Positions 16,430 through 24,141 of a DNA stretch of 52,988 bases are shown here, one piece after another. The first letter of the stretch is position 1. The number at the start of each line of letters is the position of its first letter. A program made the position numbers and the translations under genes. Source of the DNA: a virus (taxonomy: Duplodnaviria > Caudoviricetes); the IMG/VR virus record IMGVR_UViG_3300029156_000003, positions 1 through 52,988 of that record; one strand, written 5' to 3'. The notes beneath the pieces were generated by a model. The model was given only the letters and a program-made list of their open reading frames with translations, was not told the DNA's origin and made no database searches.

Positions 16430-16896
16430 TGGCTGATAACCGAGCGTATATCAAGATTGGCGACGAACGCTATCCCCCCTCGCGCCCGTCTGCTGATCGG
16501 AGAGAAACAACCGATGCCGACCTACATTACACAGCCAGGGCCATTGACCAAATTGATCGTAGGCTAAAAGCCGTTGAAACGATTTCCGAGCCAGATGAGG
16601 CCGATCTGCACAATATCAATCGGCGCATCGAACTATTGGCGCAACGTGTGGCGACGCTGGAAAGCAAACAGTTGCGCGACCCAATGCACTGGCAATTAGC
16701 GGATTTTTTTGTGGCGTGGATAAAATCCACGGTTCGCGCCTCGGCTGATGGCGTTTTTTTGTTTGGTCTGCTCTTTGGCATCGTGTTTCAGATGGTGGTC
16801 AACGGCCAGTCATTTGGTAACTCGGTTCTAGTTTCGTTGATTGCCGCAACCATAGTGCTTGCGGTGCTTGGGCTTATTCGGGTATTTGACCAATAA
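16426..16896 (+). CDS. Coiled-coil membrane protein (2 C-terminal TM)
   Basis: Hydrophobic C-terminus. Confidence 0.6.
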   Translation: MMADNRAYIKIGDERYPPSRPSADRRETTDADLHYTARAIDQIDRRLKAVETISEPDEADLHNINRRIELLAQRVATLESKQLRDPMHWQLADFFVAWIKSTVRASADGVFLFGLLFGIVFQMVVNGQSFGNSVLVSLIAATIVLAVLGLIRVFDQ

Positions 16897-16915
16897 GACA
16901 TAAGGGGGCTTATGT

Positions 16916-17275
16916 ATGATAGACAGGAGACAAATTATGGTATGCAACAAATGTAACAGACGGCTTGAGAATTGCGCTTGCCCGCCGATGGTTTCTGGCG
17001 CAGACGAGCTTCGCGGACAGAAACGGCTCGTGGAACGAATAAGCCTCAGCGCAACACGAGGCAGCACAGACCCGCTCGACTATCGGCATAAAGAAGTCAC
17101 GTTTCGGCTCACTATCGACGGCAGCGAAGGATTGAAGATTGGCGCAGCAGCCATTGCCGAGCCAGGAAATACGATGTTTATTGACTTTGACCGCTTGACC
17201 GAAAAGATGGTAGAGATAATGCGCCATAGCCTGGTCAAGCACGGATTTATTACGGATGATGGCGAGTTCAATTAG
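16916..17275 (+). CDS. Hypothetical protein with N-terminal Cys cluster
   Basis: CNKCNRRLENCAC. Confidence 0.55.
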   Translation: MIDRRQIMVCNKCNRRLENCACPPMVSGADELRGQKRLVERISLSATRGSTDPLDYRHKEVTFRLTIDGSEGLKIGAAAIAEPGNTMFIDFDRLTEKMVEIMRHSLVKHGFITDDGEFN

Positions 17276-17393
17276 TCTTAAAGAGTATCATCGCTCTGGC
17301 CGCGATGGCGGTAAAATTGCGGCTGGTGGTTTGCGGTATTTACCGACATTGTTAAAATGAGGTGGCGACATCTTAACAATGCGAGGTGCAACA

Positions 17394-17582
17394 ATGAATC
17401 CGCTAAACGAGGTGATGACCATCTCTGAGGCTGCACGGTATCACGGCGTTTCGGCTGACACCATCGAACGCCATTGCAAAAAAGTCTGGCTGAAAGATGG
17501 CTCAGCGCGCAAGGCTAACGGCACAATCCTAATAAATAGATCGACGGTGATGGGCTACACGCCGAAGCGTAAAAAAAGATAG
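17394..17582 (+). CDS. Small HTH DNA-binding protein (excisionase/MerR-like)
   Basis: VMTISEAARYHGVSADTIERHC...ARK..GTILI. Confidence 0.75.
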   Translation: MNPLNEVMTISEAARYHGVSADTIERHCKKVWLKDGSARKANGTILINRSTVMGYTPKRKKR

Positions 17583-17624
17583 CGCAATTTCGCGGAAATA
17601 TCCGCATTGCGCTATAATGTTTAT

Positions 17625-17957
17625 ATGAGATCACTGATCGTATATGGAGACGCGACAATCCAATCTGTCAACGGTGTCAGTCGTGGCTACACATCAGCGC
17701 AATGTCTGGTCAAATATGGCTCGGCGCGACACAACTCATCGCGGCTATTCCGTATCCACACCAGCCATAAAGCGATCATTGAACCTGGCTTCCGCTTTGA
17801 TTTTTTCGGAAAGGTGATGCTTGCCAGCAATCGCAAAAGCGTCTGGTATCAGATCGGCGAGGCGGGGTTGGTCGTGGCACACGATGAGCCACGCAAGGCG
17901 CAGATCATCGCCGCCTATGTGACCGGTGCATTTCAAAAAAATGATTGGGGTTTGTAA
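17625..17957 (+). CDS. Hypothetical protein (probably leaderless)
   Basis: TATAAT at 17613-17618, 6 nt before ATG. Confidence 0.5.
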   Translation: MRSLIVYGDATIQSVNGVSRGYTSAQCLVKYGSARHNSSRLFRIHTSHKAIIEPGFRFDFFGKVMLASNRKSVWYQIGEAGLVVAHDEPRKAQIIAAYVTGAFQKNDWGL

Positions 17958-18304
17958 ATTTAGTGTAAACTTTGCTAAAATGACTGTATCACTGGCTATT
18001 GCCAGCAACATCGCGCCCACCTCGCCGCTGTGTGCTACCTCAGCATAGACAGCCGCCTGAACGCCCGACATAGCAAAGTTTAAGCCGATCAAGACATTCG
18101 GCTGATTTTGCTATTTATGTCGGGTATTTTTTGTTAACGGGTTGGGCCAGCAACCACACAATTTGTTTCGGAGCTAACGGGAATGAGCAATATATTCGCT
18201 ACCCACAACCGAAAGTTTTTAACCGACTACTAGACCGCTTTACGGTGGGGCTATTCATTGCTGACCACCTAATGAGCGGTTTTTTGTTTTAAAGATATTT
18301 CAAC

Positions 18305-18498
18305 AACCAAATAAAAGAGCGTTACCGAAAGCCTCAGAAACTTACGCGGTAACGCTCAACTGTTAGAACCGGACAAGGCCGAAGCCTGCCAGGTGGTTCC
18401 CTTTTTTTTATTTCTCCACGGAACTACACCGATTATCTTCTATCGGCTTTGTCTCTCCTTCTAACATTCAATTGTAACAAATTAATGAAAATCGTCAA
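18305..18498 (-). ncRNA. Candidate leftward sRNA with own promoter and terminator
   Basis: TTGACG-16-TACAAT (18471-18498); terminator GAGCGTTACCG..CGGTAACGCTC-TTTTATTT. Confidence 0.5.
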
Positions 18499-18555
18499 AA
18501 CTGGTTCACAACCGTGAAACCTTGCGTAGTAGTATTGTAGTACCACAGCAAATGG

Positions 18556-18789
18556 ATGTCAAAGAAAATGTTTAGATTTGTTATCGAGAAGGCGCAGAAG
18601 TCGCTCGGCGTGTCTCAAAAGGAAATAGCCAAAATGACTGGCACGTCAACTGGCTTTGTCAGCAAGGCCAAAAACGGGCCGAGCAAGTCAATGCTTGCCA
18701 GTTTGAAACTGTTGAATGGTACGGGCTGGCTGCGTACACCTGATGAGTACGACGAGCATATCAAGGCGCAAAATAAAAAAGAAGATTAA
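18556..18789 (+). CDS. Cro-like HTH protein
   Basis: LGVSQKEIAKMTGTSTGFVSKAKNG. Confidence 0.75.
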   Translation: MSKKMFRFVIEKAQKSLGVSQKEIAKMTGTSTGFVSKAKNGPSKSMLASLKLLNGTGWLRTPDEYDEHIKAQNKKED

Positions 18790-18806
18790 CTGATAAGGGA
18801 GATGTT

Positions 18807-19199
18807 ATGGGTGACAAAGCAAAAGTAATGGATATGTTCAAAGAATTGGGCAGTGCGAGGCCGCTGGTAGTGTCAAGCGTGAGCAATGAAGATTATTGCC
18901 ACACCGTAAAATTTCAGTATGGCGAATTAAAAGGCGAGGTTCACCAGACACAGATGCCCGACTTCAAGGGGAAATTAGCCTTAAAACTCATCGAGCAATG
19001 GGGGCTTGTTACCGCGATTCCTGATGGGGAGGACAGCAAGGGCCGTCAAAAGGGCGCACTTGAATCACCAGAGGAATTAGTTGCTCGCGCCATTAAAGCC
19101 GCTGACATCGCCATTGACCAAATGAAAGAATTGGGATGGCTTACACCAGTTCCCGTTTTGTACGATTTTCTGCTAGATGATGACACTCAGGCCGATTGA
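18807..19199 (+). CDS. Conserved phage hypothetical protein
   Basis: WG.V.A.PDGEDS.GRQK..L..PEELV.RA family motif; GGGAG SD. Confidence 0.7.
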   Translation: MGDKAKVMDMFKELGSARPLVVSSVSNEDYCHTVKFQYGELKGEVHQTQMPDFKGKLALKLIEQWGLVTAIPDGEDSKGRQKGALESPEELVARAIKAADIAIDQMKELGWLTPVPVLYDFLLDDDTQAD

Positions 19200-19330
19200 C
19201 CACGGTGCGGAGGCTGGATAGAGCCGCGATGAAATGAGGCGTGGCGCACTGTCCACAATCGGCGATTGTATTCCTCCTTTGATCGGCGGCTGGTCTTTGC
19301 TCCCTGACCAGCCGCCAAAGGGTGACGCAG

Positions 19331-19438
19331 ATGGATTACTGCAAATTGATGTTTGTGTTTATCGCTAGTTGGATGCTATTTAGCTGGCTTGGATTGGTCG
19401 TGGTGGCGTGGTTTATCAGCCGAAGGAAGGCGCAATGA
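19331..19438 (+). CDS. Small single-TM peptide, 35 aa (not in ORF track)
   Basis: MDYCKLMFVFIASWMLFSWLGLVVVAWFISRRKAQ. Confidence 0.5.
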   Translation: MDYCKLMFVFIASWMLFSWLGLVVVAWFISRRKAQ

Positions 19439-19518
19439 TGGGCTGGCTTGCTGTGTGGTTTTTGATTATGGCAATGGCGAATATAGCCGCTTGGCTTCCG
19501 TGGAGGATGCTGATATGA
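19435..19518 (+). CDS. Small single-TM peptide, 27 aa (not in ORF track)
   Basis: MMGWLAVWFLIMAMANIAAWLPWRMLI; ATGA-coupled both sides. Confidence 0.45.
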   Translation: MMGWLAVWFLIMAMANIAAWLPWRMLI

Positions 19519-19817
19519 GTTATTCAAAACGAGTTGACGCGAACCAGCCGCAAATAGTTAAGGACTTGCGGAGCATTGGCGCATACGTAAAGAGCGTTCA
19601 CATTGTGCCTGAATTTCTTGACATCATAGTCGTGTTTCGTGGCGTGGTTTATCTGGCAGAGATTAAAAATCCAGATAACTCCCCAAAAACAAAACCTGTT
19701 GAAACGATGTTGACCGATGGCGAAGCCGAAGCCAAAGCGTTGATTGAGGCCGCTGGTGGCATTTACCATATATGGCTTACCACCGATCAGGCATTCAAGG
19801 CGATAGGGGCAGCGTAA
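19515..19817 (+). CDS. VRR-NUC-like PD-(D/E)xK nuclease / Holliday junction resolvase
   Basis: KRVDANQ..IV..LR..GA.V....FLDIIV.....YLAEIK..LT. Confidence 0.8.
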   Translation: MSYSKRVDANQPQIVKDLRSIGAYVKSVHIVPEFLDIIVVFRGVVYLAEIKNPDNSPKTKPVETMLTDGEAEAKALIEAAGGIYHIWLTTDQAFKAIGAA

Positions 19818-20125
19818 TGACAACCGAAGAAAAACTCGAAAACTTCATTGAAACGCAACGCGCCACGATGTTTGGCGATGAAATAGCAGAGCTACGCGCC
19901 GATGAGATGCGGCTCAATCAGACGTTGCGAACCGAAAACAGTCTAGGCTATCACATCAAATTCGTGATTATTGCCGCCATTATGACCATCATTATTTATG
20001 CCTTGGTCAACCATCCAATGAGCCGACTAGAGCAATGTCAATCTATGCACGTCGAATCATCGGCTGAGGTGGAGTATGTGTGGTCATTTGATCGGGGCTG
20101 CGAAGCCAGAGAGGTGGCGAATTGA
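19817..20125 (+). CDS. Single-TM hypothetical protein
   Basis: TAATG coupling; one hydrophobic segment. Confidence 0.55.
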   Translation: MTTEEKLENFIETQRATMFGDEIAELRADEMRLNQTLRTENSLGYHIKFVIIAAIMTIIIYALVNHPMSRLEQCQSMHVESSAEVEYVWSFDRGCEAREVAN

Positions 20126-20325
20126 CACCATTCGATATAGCGATGAACCGGCAACGCGCCATTATTCAGCAGTTGAATAGCGATGCGCTACGCCTGAAAT
20201 TAGCCATCATTCAAGCGGCCAGCCACGCCCACCGGGGCAACGCTGATGCCGCGCTGAAACTAATTACAGACCACGCGGAAAGGATAAATGATGAGATTGA
20301 ACGTGACTTTACAGAATTTGATTGA
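20122..20325 (+). CDS. Hypothetical protein
   Basis: GAGG SD; TTG start overlapping previous stop. Confidence 0.5.
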   Translation: MTPFDIAMNRQRAIIQQLNSDALRLKLAIIQAASHAHRGNADAALKLITDHAERINDEIERDFTEFD

Positions 20326-20487
20326 AACTGACGCAGACATTATTGAGGCCAAAAAGCGCAAACAATATGCTGCCGCACTGACCTTGCAACGCAAACGCGA
20401 GGCGATGAGCAAGGCGAAGCCATCACAAACGGCAAAGCCAAAGACATCATACAATCACATAAGTTTGAAGTTAATGCGCCTGAGCCA

Positions 20488-21243
20488 TTGGGTGAAATGC
20501 TGTCCATTAAGAAAGGCGAGTCGGATACGGTTCGCTGCCCAACTTGCCAAAGTCTGTACGATGGCGGCGAATTCCCGAACTATTGCCCCTATTGTGCAAA
20601 GCGGCAAGCCACGGGCAATGAAGGCGGGTGGTATGAGCGTGACGAAATTGACCAGATGGCAGAACAGGCAAGAGGGCGCATCAAGCCCAAAACTAGCCAG
20701 CCCGTAAACATCGAAACCGCAAGCCCTTTTGACCATTGCCAAACCCCACCCTATGCAGTCGAACCGCTCATACCATATCTGCCTAAGTCTATCGTTTGGG
20801 AACCTGCCAACGCTGACGGCTATTTGTCAGGCGCATTGGCTAACGGTGGTCGTGATGTGGTCACAAGCCAGATCGAGAACGGACAAAACTTCTTTGACTA
20901 TGAGCCTGCCAAATGGGAGGTGCAAGTAACAAACCCTCCTTACTCCATTAAGTACAAATGGCTTGAAAGGTCGTACCAGCTTGGCAAACCGTTTGCCTTG
21001 TTATTGCCAGTCGAAACATTGGCCGCACAAGCGGGGCAAAAGCTATTCAAGGAATATGGGGTCGAGATCATCATACTGAGTAGCCGTGTTGACTTCAAGA
21101 TGCCTGACAAGGGGTGGGATGGCGGCGGCGCTCAATTCCCGGTGGCGTGGTTCACTTGGGGGCTTGACCTTGGGCGACAAATCATCTTTGAGGAAATGAG
21201 CAAGGTCAAAATGAATGAGTGTAACAATGTTAAAAGTGGTTGA
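20488..21243 (+). CDS. N6-adenine DNA methyltransferase with N-terminal Zn ribbon (start uncertain)
   Basis: QTPPYAV, VWEPANADG (motif I-like), VTNPPYS (motif IV); CPTC..CPYC. Confidence 0.8.
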   Translation: MGEMLSIKKGESDTVRCPTCQSLYDGGEFPNYCPYCAKRQATGNEGGWYERDEIDQMAEQARGRIKPKTSQPVNIETASPFDHCQTPPYAVEPLIPYLPKSIVWEPANADGYLSGALANGGRDVVTSQIENGQNFFDYEPAKWEVQVTNPPYSIKYKWLERSYQLGKPFALLLPVETLAAQAGQKLFKEYGVEIIILSSRVDFKMPDKGWDGGGAQFPVAWFTWGLDLGRQIIFEEMSKVKMNECNNVKSG

Positions 21244-21406
21244 AATGGGGCTTGAAATGTGCTATAATAGTTGTGCTGAGACATCTGAAACGCTTTTTTT
21301 GTTGTCACAATTTTATACTGCTATAATAGTCGATATAGCCACATTAGTTACGGACACTTTCAAAAGCGTTCAAGGTCTCAGCAACCTAACTAATGTGGCT
21401 ATTTTT
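21240..21406 (+). promoter_or_regulatory. Tandem promoters plus C4/CI-like attenuator hairpin
   Basis: TGCTATAATAGT at 21260 and 21319; 16-bp stem 21335-21350/21387-21402 with U tract; loop complementary to 21270-21306. Confidence 0.7.
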
Positions 21407-21483
21407 ATTGGCCCATATACAACAGAAAACGCGCCAATGATAGGACTGGCATCCTATGGCGCGTTTACGAAAGGAATGGCGAT

Positions 21484-21690
21484 ATGATTCACCAAAATTC
21501 AAGCAGTATATTACCACAATCCCCCCCAATTGACAAGTCCAAAGAACTCGCAACCGTCGTGACCTGGCGAACAGCCAGAGGCATTACCTCTATGCCGATC
21601 ATTGGCGATATTCGCGGCGCAATGAAAGCGATGTTGCTATCGTTGCCAATTGATGCCGTTGACGTGCGATTCGAGGTGCAAAATGGCTGA
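21484..21690 (+). CDS. Hypothetical protein
   Basis: AAAGGA SD; ends EVQNG. Confidence 0.6.
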   Translation: MIHQNSSSILPQSPPIDKSKELATVVTWRTARGITSMPIIGDIRGAMKAMLLSLPIDAVDVRFEVQNG

Positions 21691-21886
21691 CATTATGGCT
21701 TGGTGCGAAAGCACGATCAAGGGATTAAGGGTCTATGAGTACCACGAAGTCGCCACGCCTAATTGTGACCGTGATGTCGCTGTGGCGGCGTGGGTTGTTC
21801 GTTGTCTGGCGAACCCAGACAACGCCGATTCTCAAGCCATCTTAGATGCCATCAACGAACGGCGTGACGAGGTGCAAAATGGCTGA
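21683..21886 (+). CDS. Hypothetical protein
   Basis: Starts in CGAGGTGCAAAATGGCTGA junction. Confidence 0.6.
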   Translation: MADIMAWCESTIKGLRVYEYHEVATPNCDRDVAVAAWVVRCLANPDNADSQAILDAINERRDEVQNG

Positions 21887-22190
21887 ATATGCTCAATATC
21901 AAGTTAAAGCTGTAGCGATTATCAATGAATTACATTGGTGCGACTGCTCTAAATGCACTGCCACATACGATAAAAGAGGGGCGCGATTAAATTTCGACAG
22001 ACGCTTGTCTCTTTCGCCTCAAGAGTTAGCGAGGTTGAACGACGAAATCGCAGAATGGATAAACGTAGACGATGTAGAATTTGTCAAATGGGTGATAGAG
22101 CCAAAGGCTATTGAGATTGACACAGCCACGCTTTTGTACGAATCAGGGTATAAACCATTGTTCGACCTTGAAGCGGTGCAAAATGGGTAG
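21879..22190 (+). CDS. Hypothetical protein
   Basis: Starts in identical junction motif. Confidence 0.6.
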   Translation: MAEYAQYQVKAVAIINELHWCDCSKCTATYDKRGARLNFDRRLSLSPQELARLNDEIAEWINVDDVEFVKWVIEPKAIEIDTATLLYESGYKPLFDLEAVQNG

Positions 22191-22503
22191 ACACGCTGAC
22201 CTAGTTATGCGATCTGATAACCGCCGACCAATACCACTGGCCCAGCGTGATGACACGCCGCTCGCGCTGGCTGGCTTCTCTTGGAATAACGCCAGCCGCG
22301 TGATGGCTTGGGAGATCGAGATCAACGGCCTATCTTGGCGACTGGCCTTCGAGGCTGGTGGTATTGCGGCCAAGCGCGTGCTGTGTACCGCAACCGGCAA
22401 TGCGACGCTGACGGTTGCGACATTTGCCAAGCCGCTGACGGTGGCTGAGGCGAAGGCGATACGAGCGAAGTTGATGGAGTTTAGCGGAGGAATGACATTA
22501 TGA
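22183..22503 (+). CDS. Hypothetical protein
   Basis: Starts in GGTGCAAAATGG junction. Confidence 0.55.
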   Translation: MGRHADLVMRSDNRRPIPLAQRDDTPLALAGFSWNNASRVMAWEIEINGLSWRLAFEAGGIAAKRVLCTATGNATLTVATFAKPLTVAEAKAIRAKLMEFSGGMTL

Positions 22504-22838
22504 AACCAGAATTAAGCGCATTGAGCCTCGGTTGGGGCATACAAAGCTGGACGCTGGCGGCTATGTCAGCGTTGGGCGAATTGCCAAAGGTGGATTTTGC
22601 AATCCATTCTGATACCACGTGGGAACACGGGTACACCTATGAATTTGCGGCCAAGTGGGGGCCGTGGCTTGAAGATCACGGCATTAACTATGTTTGTGTG
22701 ACAGACCAGCCACAAGCCGCCAAAGTGGATACCGGCGAAACCGACGCGCCTTTTTTTACAAAAGGCGCGGCAACGCAGGCATTAACGGCCAATGTGGATG
22801 AAGATGCTGAATGCGATAGCGGCTATTGTTTTTTATAG
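22500..22838 (+). pseudogene. Internally deleted PAPS-reductase-like (PP-loop) phage protein
   Basis: LSLGWGIQSWTL..DFAIHSDTTWEH..TYEF joined directly to terminal ECDSGYCFL; only 112 aa. Confidence 0.6.
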
Positions 22839-22848
22839 GAGCAACATT

Positions 22849-23076
22849 ATGAAACCAATGCCAAGCGTCAACTGGTCTGACACCATATTTATCGGCCAGA
22901 TCAACGACCACGAAAAGCGCGCGCTGAATAAGCTGATCGCCTCGCTTGACGGCGTGACCATCGAAGGGCCATACAATCTCGCGTCTGAGGCGATGGTATT
23001 CTGCGAGCCAGCCAAACGCGGTAGCGTCGTGGCTGAGATTGAGAAAATCAACGCAGAACTAATGTCCTTTGCGTAG
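22849..23076 (+). CDS. Hypothetical protein
   Basis: AGGAG SD. Confidence 0.6.
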   Translation: MKPMPSVNWSDTIFIGQINDHEKRALNKLIASLDGVTIEGPYNLASEAMVFCEPAKRGSVVAEIEKINAELMSFA

Positions 23077-23096
23077 TCATCATTTAGGAGCCTGAA

Positions 23097-23342
23097 ATGA
23101 CCACCGAAGCTGAGAACAAGCGTCGATATATCCTAGAGCAGCGCATCGCCTATTATCGCGCCCGCCTGACGGTGATGAGCCTTGCCATTGATGCCTTTGT
23201 CGCCGCACACGGCAATGATAGCGATGCCGCCAAAGGTGCGGCTGCTGAACATCTGCAAGCAATCTATCGCAATGTGTTGAATGATCTGCACGGGGCAGAA
23301 AACGAACTCGACGGATGGCGCAAGAGCCAACCGCGAAAATAG
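23097..23342 (+). CDS. Hypothetical helical protein
   Basis: AGGAG SD. Confidence 0.6.
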   Translation: MTTEAENKRRYILEQRIAYYRARLTVMSLAIDAFVAAHGNDSDAAKGAAAEHLQAIYRNVLNDLHGAENELDGWRKSQPRK

Positions 23343-23400
23343 CAATCTGTCAGGATGTGTCAGGCAACTGGCAGAGATATGTAAGGAAAGTGTGAGAATT

Positions 23401-24141
23401 ATGAGTGAGACATTGGAACGCAATTTGGTTATAGGAGAGACCGGGAAATTCCCGTATGTATCGGAAGTCCCTGGCACTTGCATAGTTTGCTCCGCCGTTT
23501 GCGGGGATTTTGATGATATTATCCCAAGGAGAGGGGTGGTGATTTTTTGCGACAAGGATTTGTCAGCATCCATTTGCCTTAGATGTGCGCCTGTATTGGC
23601 TACGGCAATAGGATATTCAGTAGGTATAGCGACAAACCCTTCGCATCACACGACTGAGGAATTAGCACACAACAAAATGATTACTTTTTTCTGGAAAGGC
23701 ATTGCCGACGGCAGGGCCGTTCAGTTACGAGACATTTATTACGACAAAAAAGAGTTAGACGAGAGACTTTCGGAGTCAGACGAAAACAACCAAATCCTGT
23801 TAAGGCATATTCAATACCTAGATAGCGAAGCCGAGCGAACCGAAGGCGAAGGCTATGTATACCTGATGCACCGGGATGATGGGTGTCACAAGATTGGGCT
23901 ATCAGGCAAGCCAGATAGACGACTATCGCAGATACAGAGAGACTTCCCCTCAGCTACGTTGGTTCACACGATGCGGGCTGACGATATGCGCCAAGCTGAA
24001 AAGATGATGCACGATGAATTCTCGGCAAAGCGGAAGGATGGCGAATGGTTCAATTTGTCGGCTCAAGAAGTTGAGGCAATTTGTCAGCGCATAAGATTTG
24101 AGGACGGATGGTTTCTGACAAGACACGAGGCGACATTATGA
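23401..24141 (+). CDS. Cys-rich domain plus coiled coil plus GIY-YIG (T5orf172/MUG113-like) nuclease
   Basis: GYVYLM..GCHKIGLS..P.RRL..I..AEK.MH..F..KR..GEWFNL. Confidence 0.85.
   Translation: MSETLERNLVIGETGKFPYVSEVPGTCIVCSAVCGDFDDIIPRRGVVIFCDKDLSASICLRCAPVLATAIGYSVGIATNPSHHTTEELAHNKMITFFWKGIADGRAVQLRDIYYDKKELDERLSESDENNQILLRHIQYLDSEAERTEGEGYVYLMHRDDGCHKIGLSGKPDRRLSQIQRDFPSATLVHTMRADDMRQAEKMMHDEFSAKRKDGEWFNLSAQEVEAICQRIRFEDGWFLTRHEATL

Noticed and set aside
17394-17582. Excisionase implying integration
   Set aside because: Fold is generic HTH; no integrase or att-like site was found.
21215-21487. 90-aa ORF across the RNA switch
   Set aside because: Spans promoters and hairpins with no clear SD; may be an Ash-like leader but unsupported.
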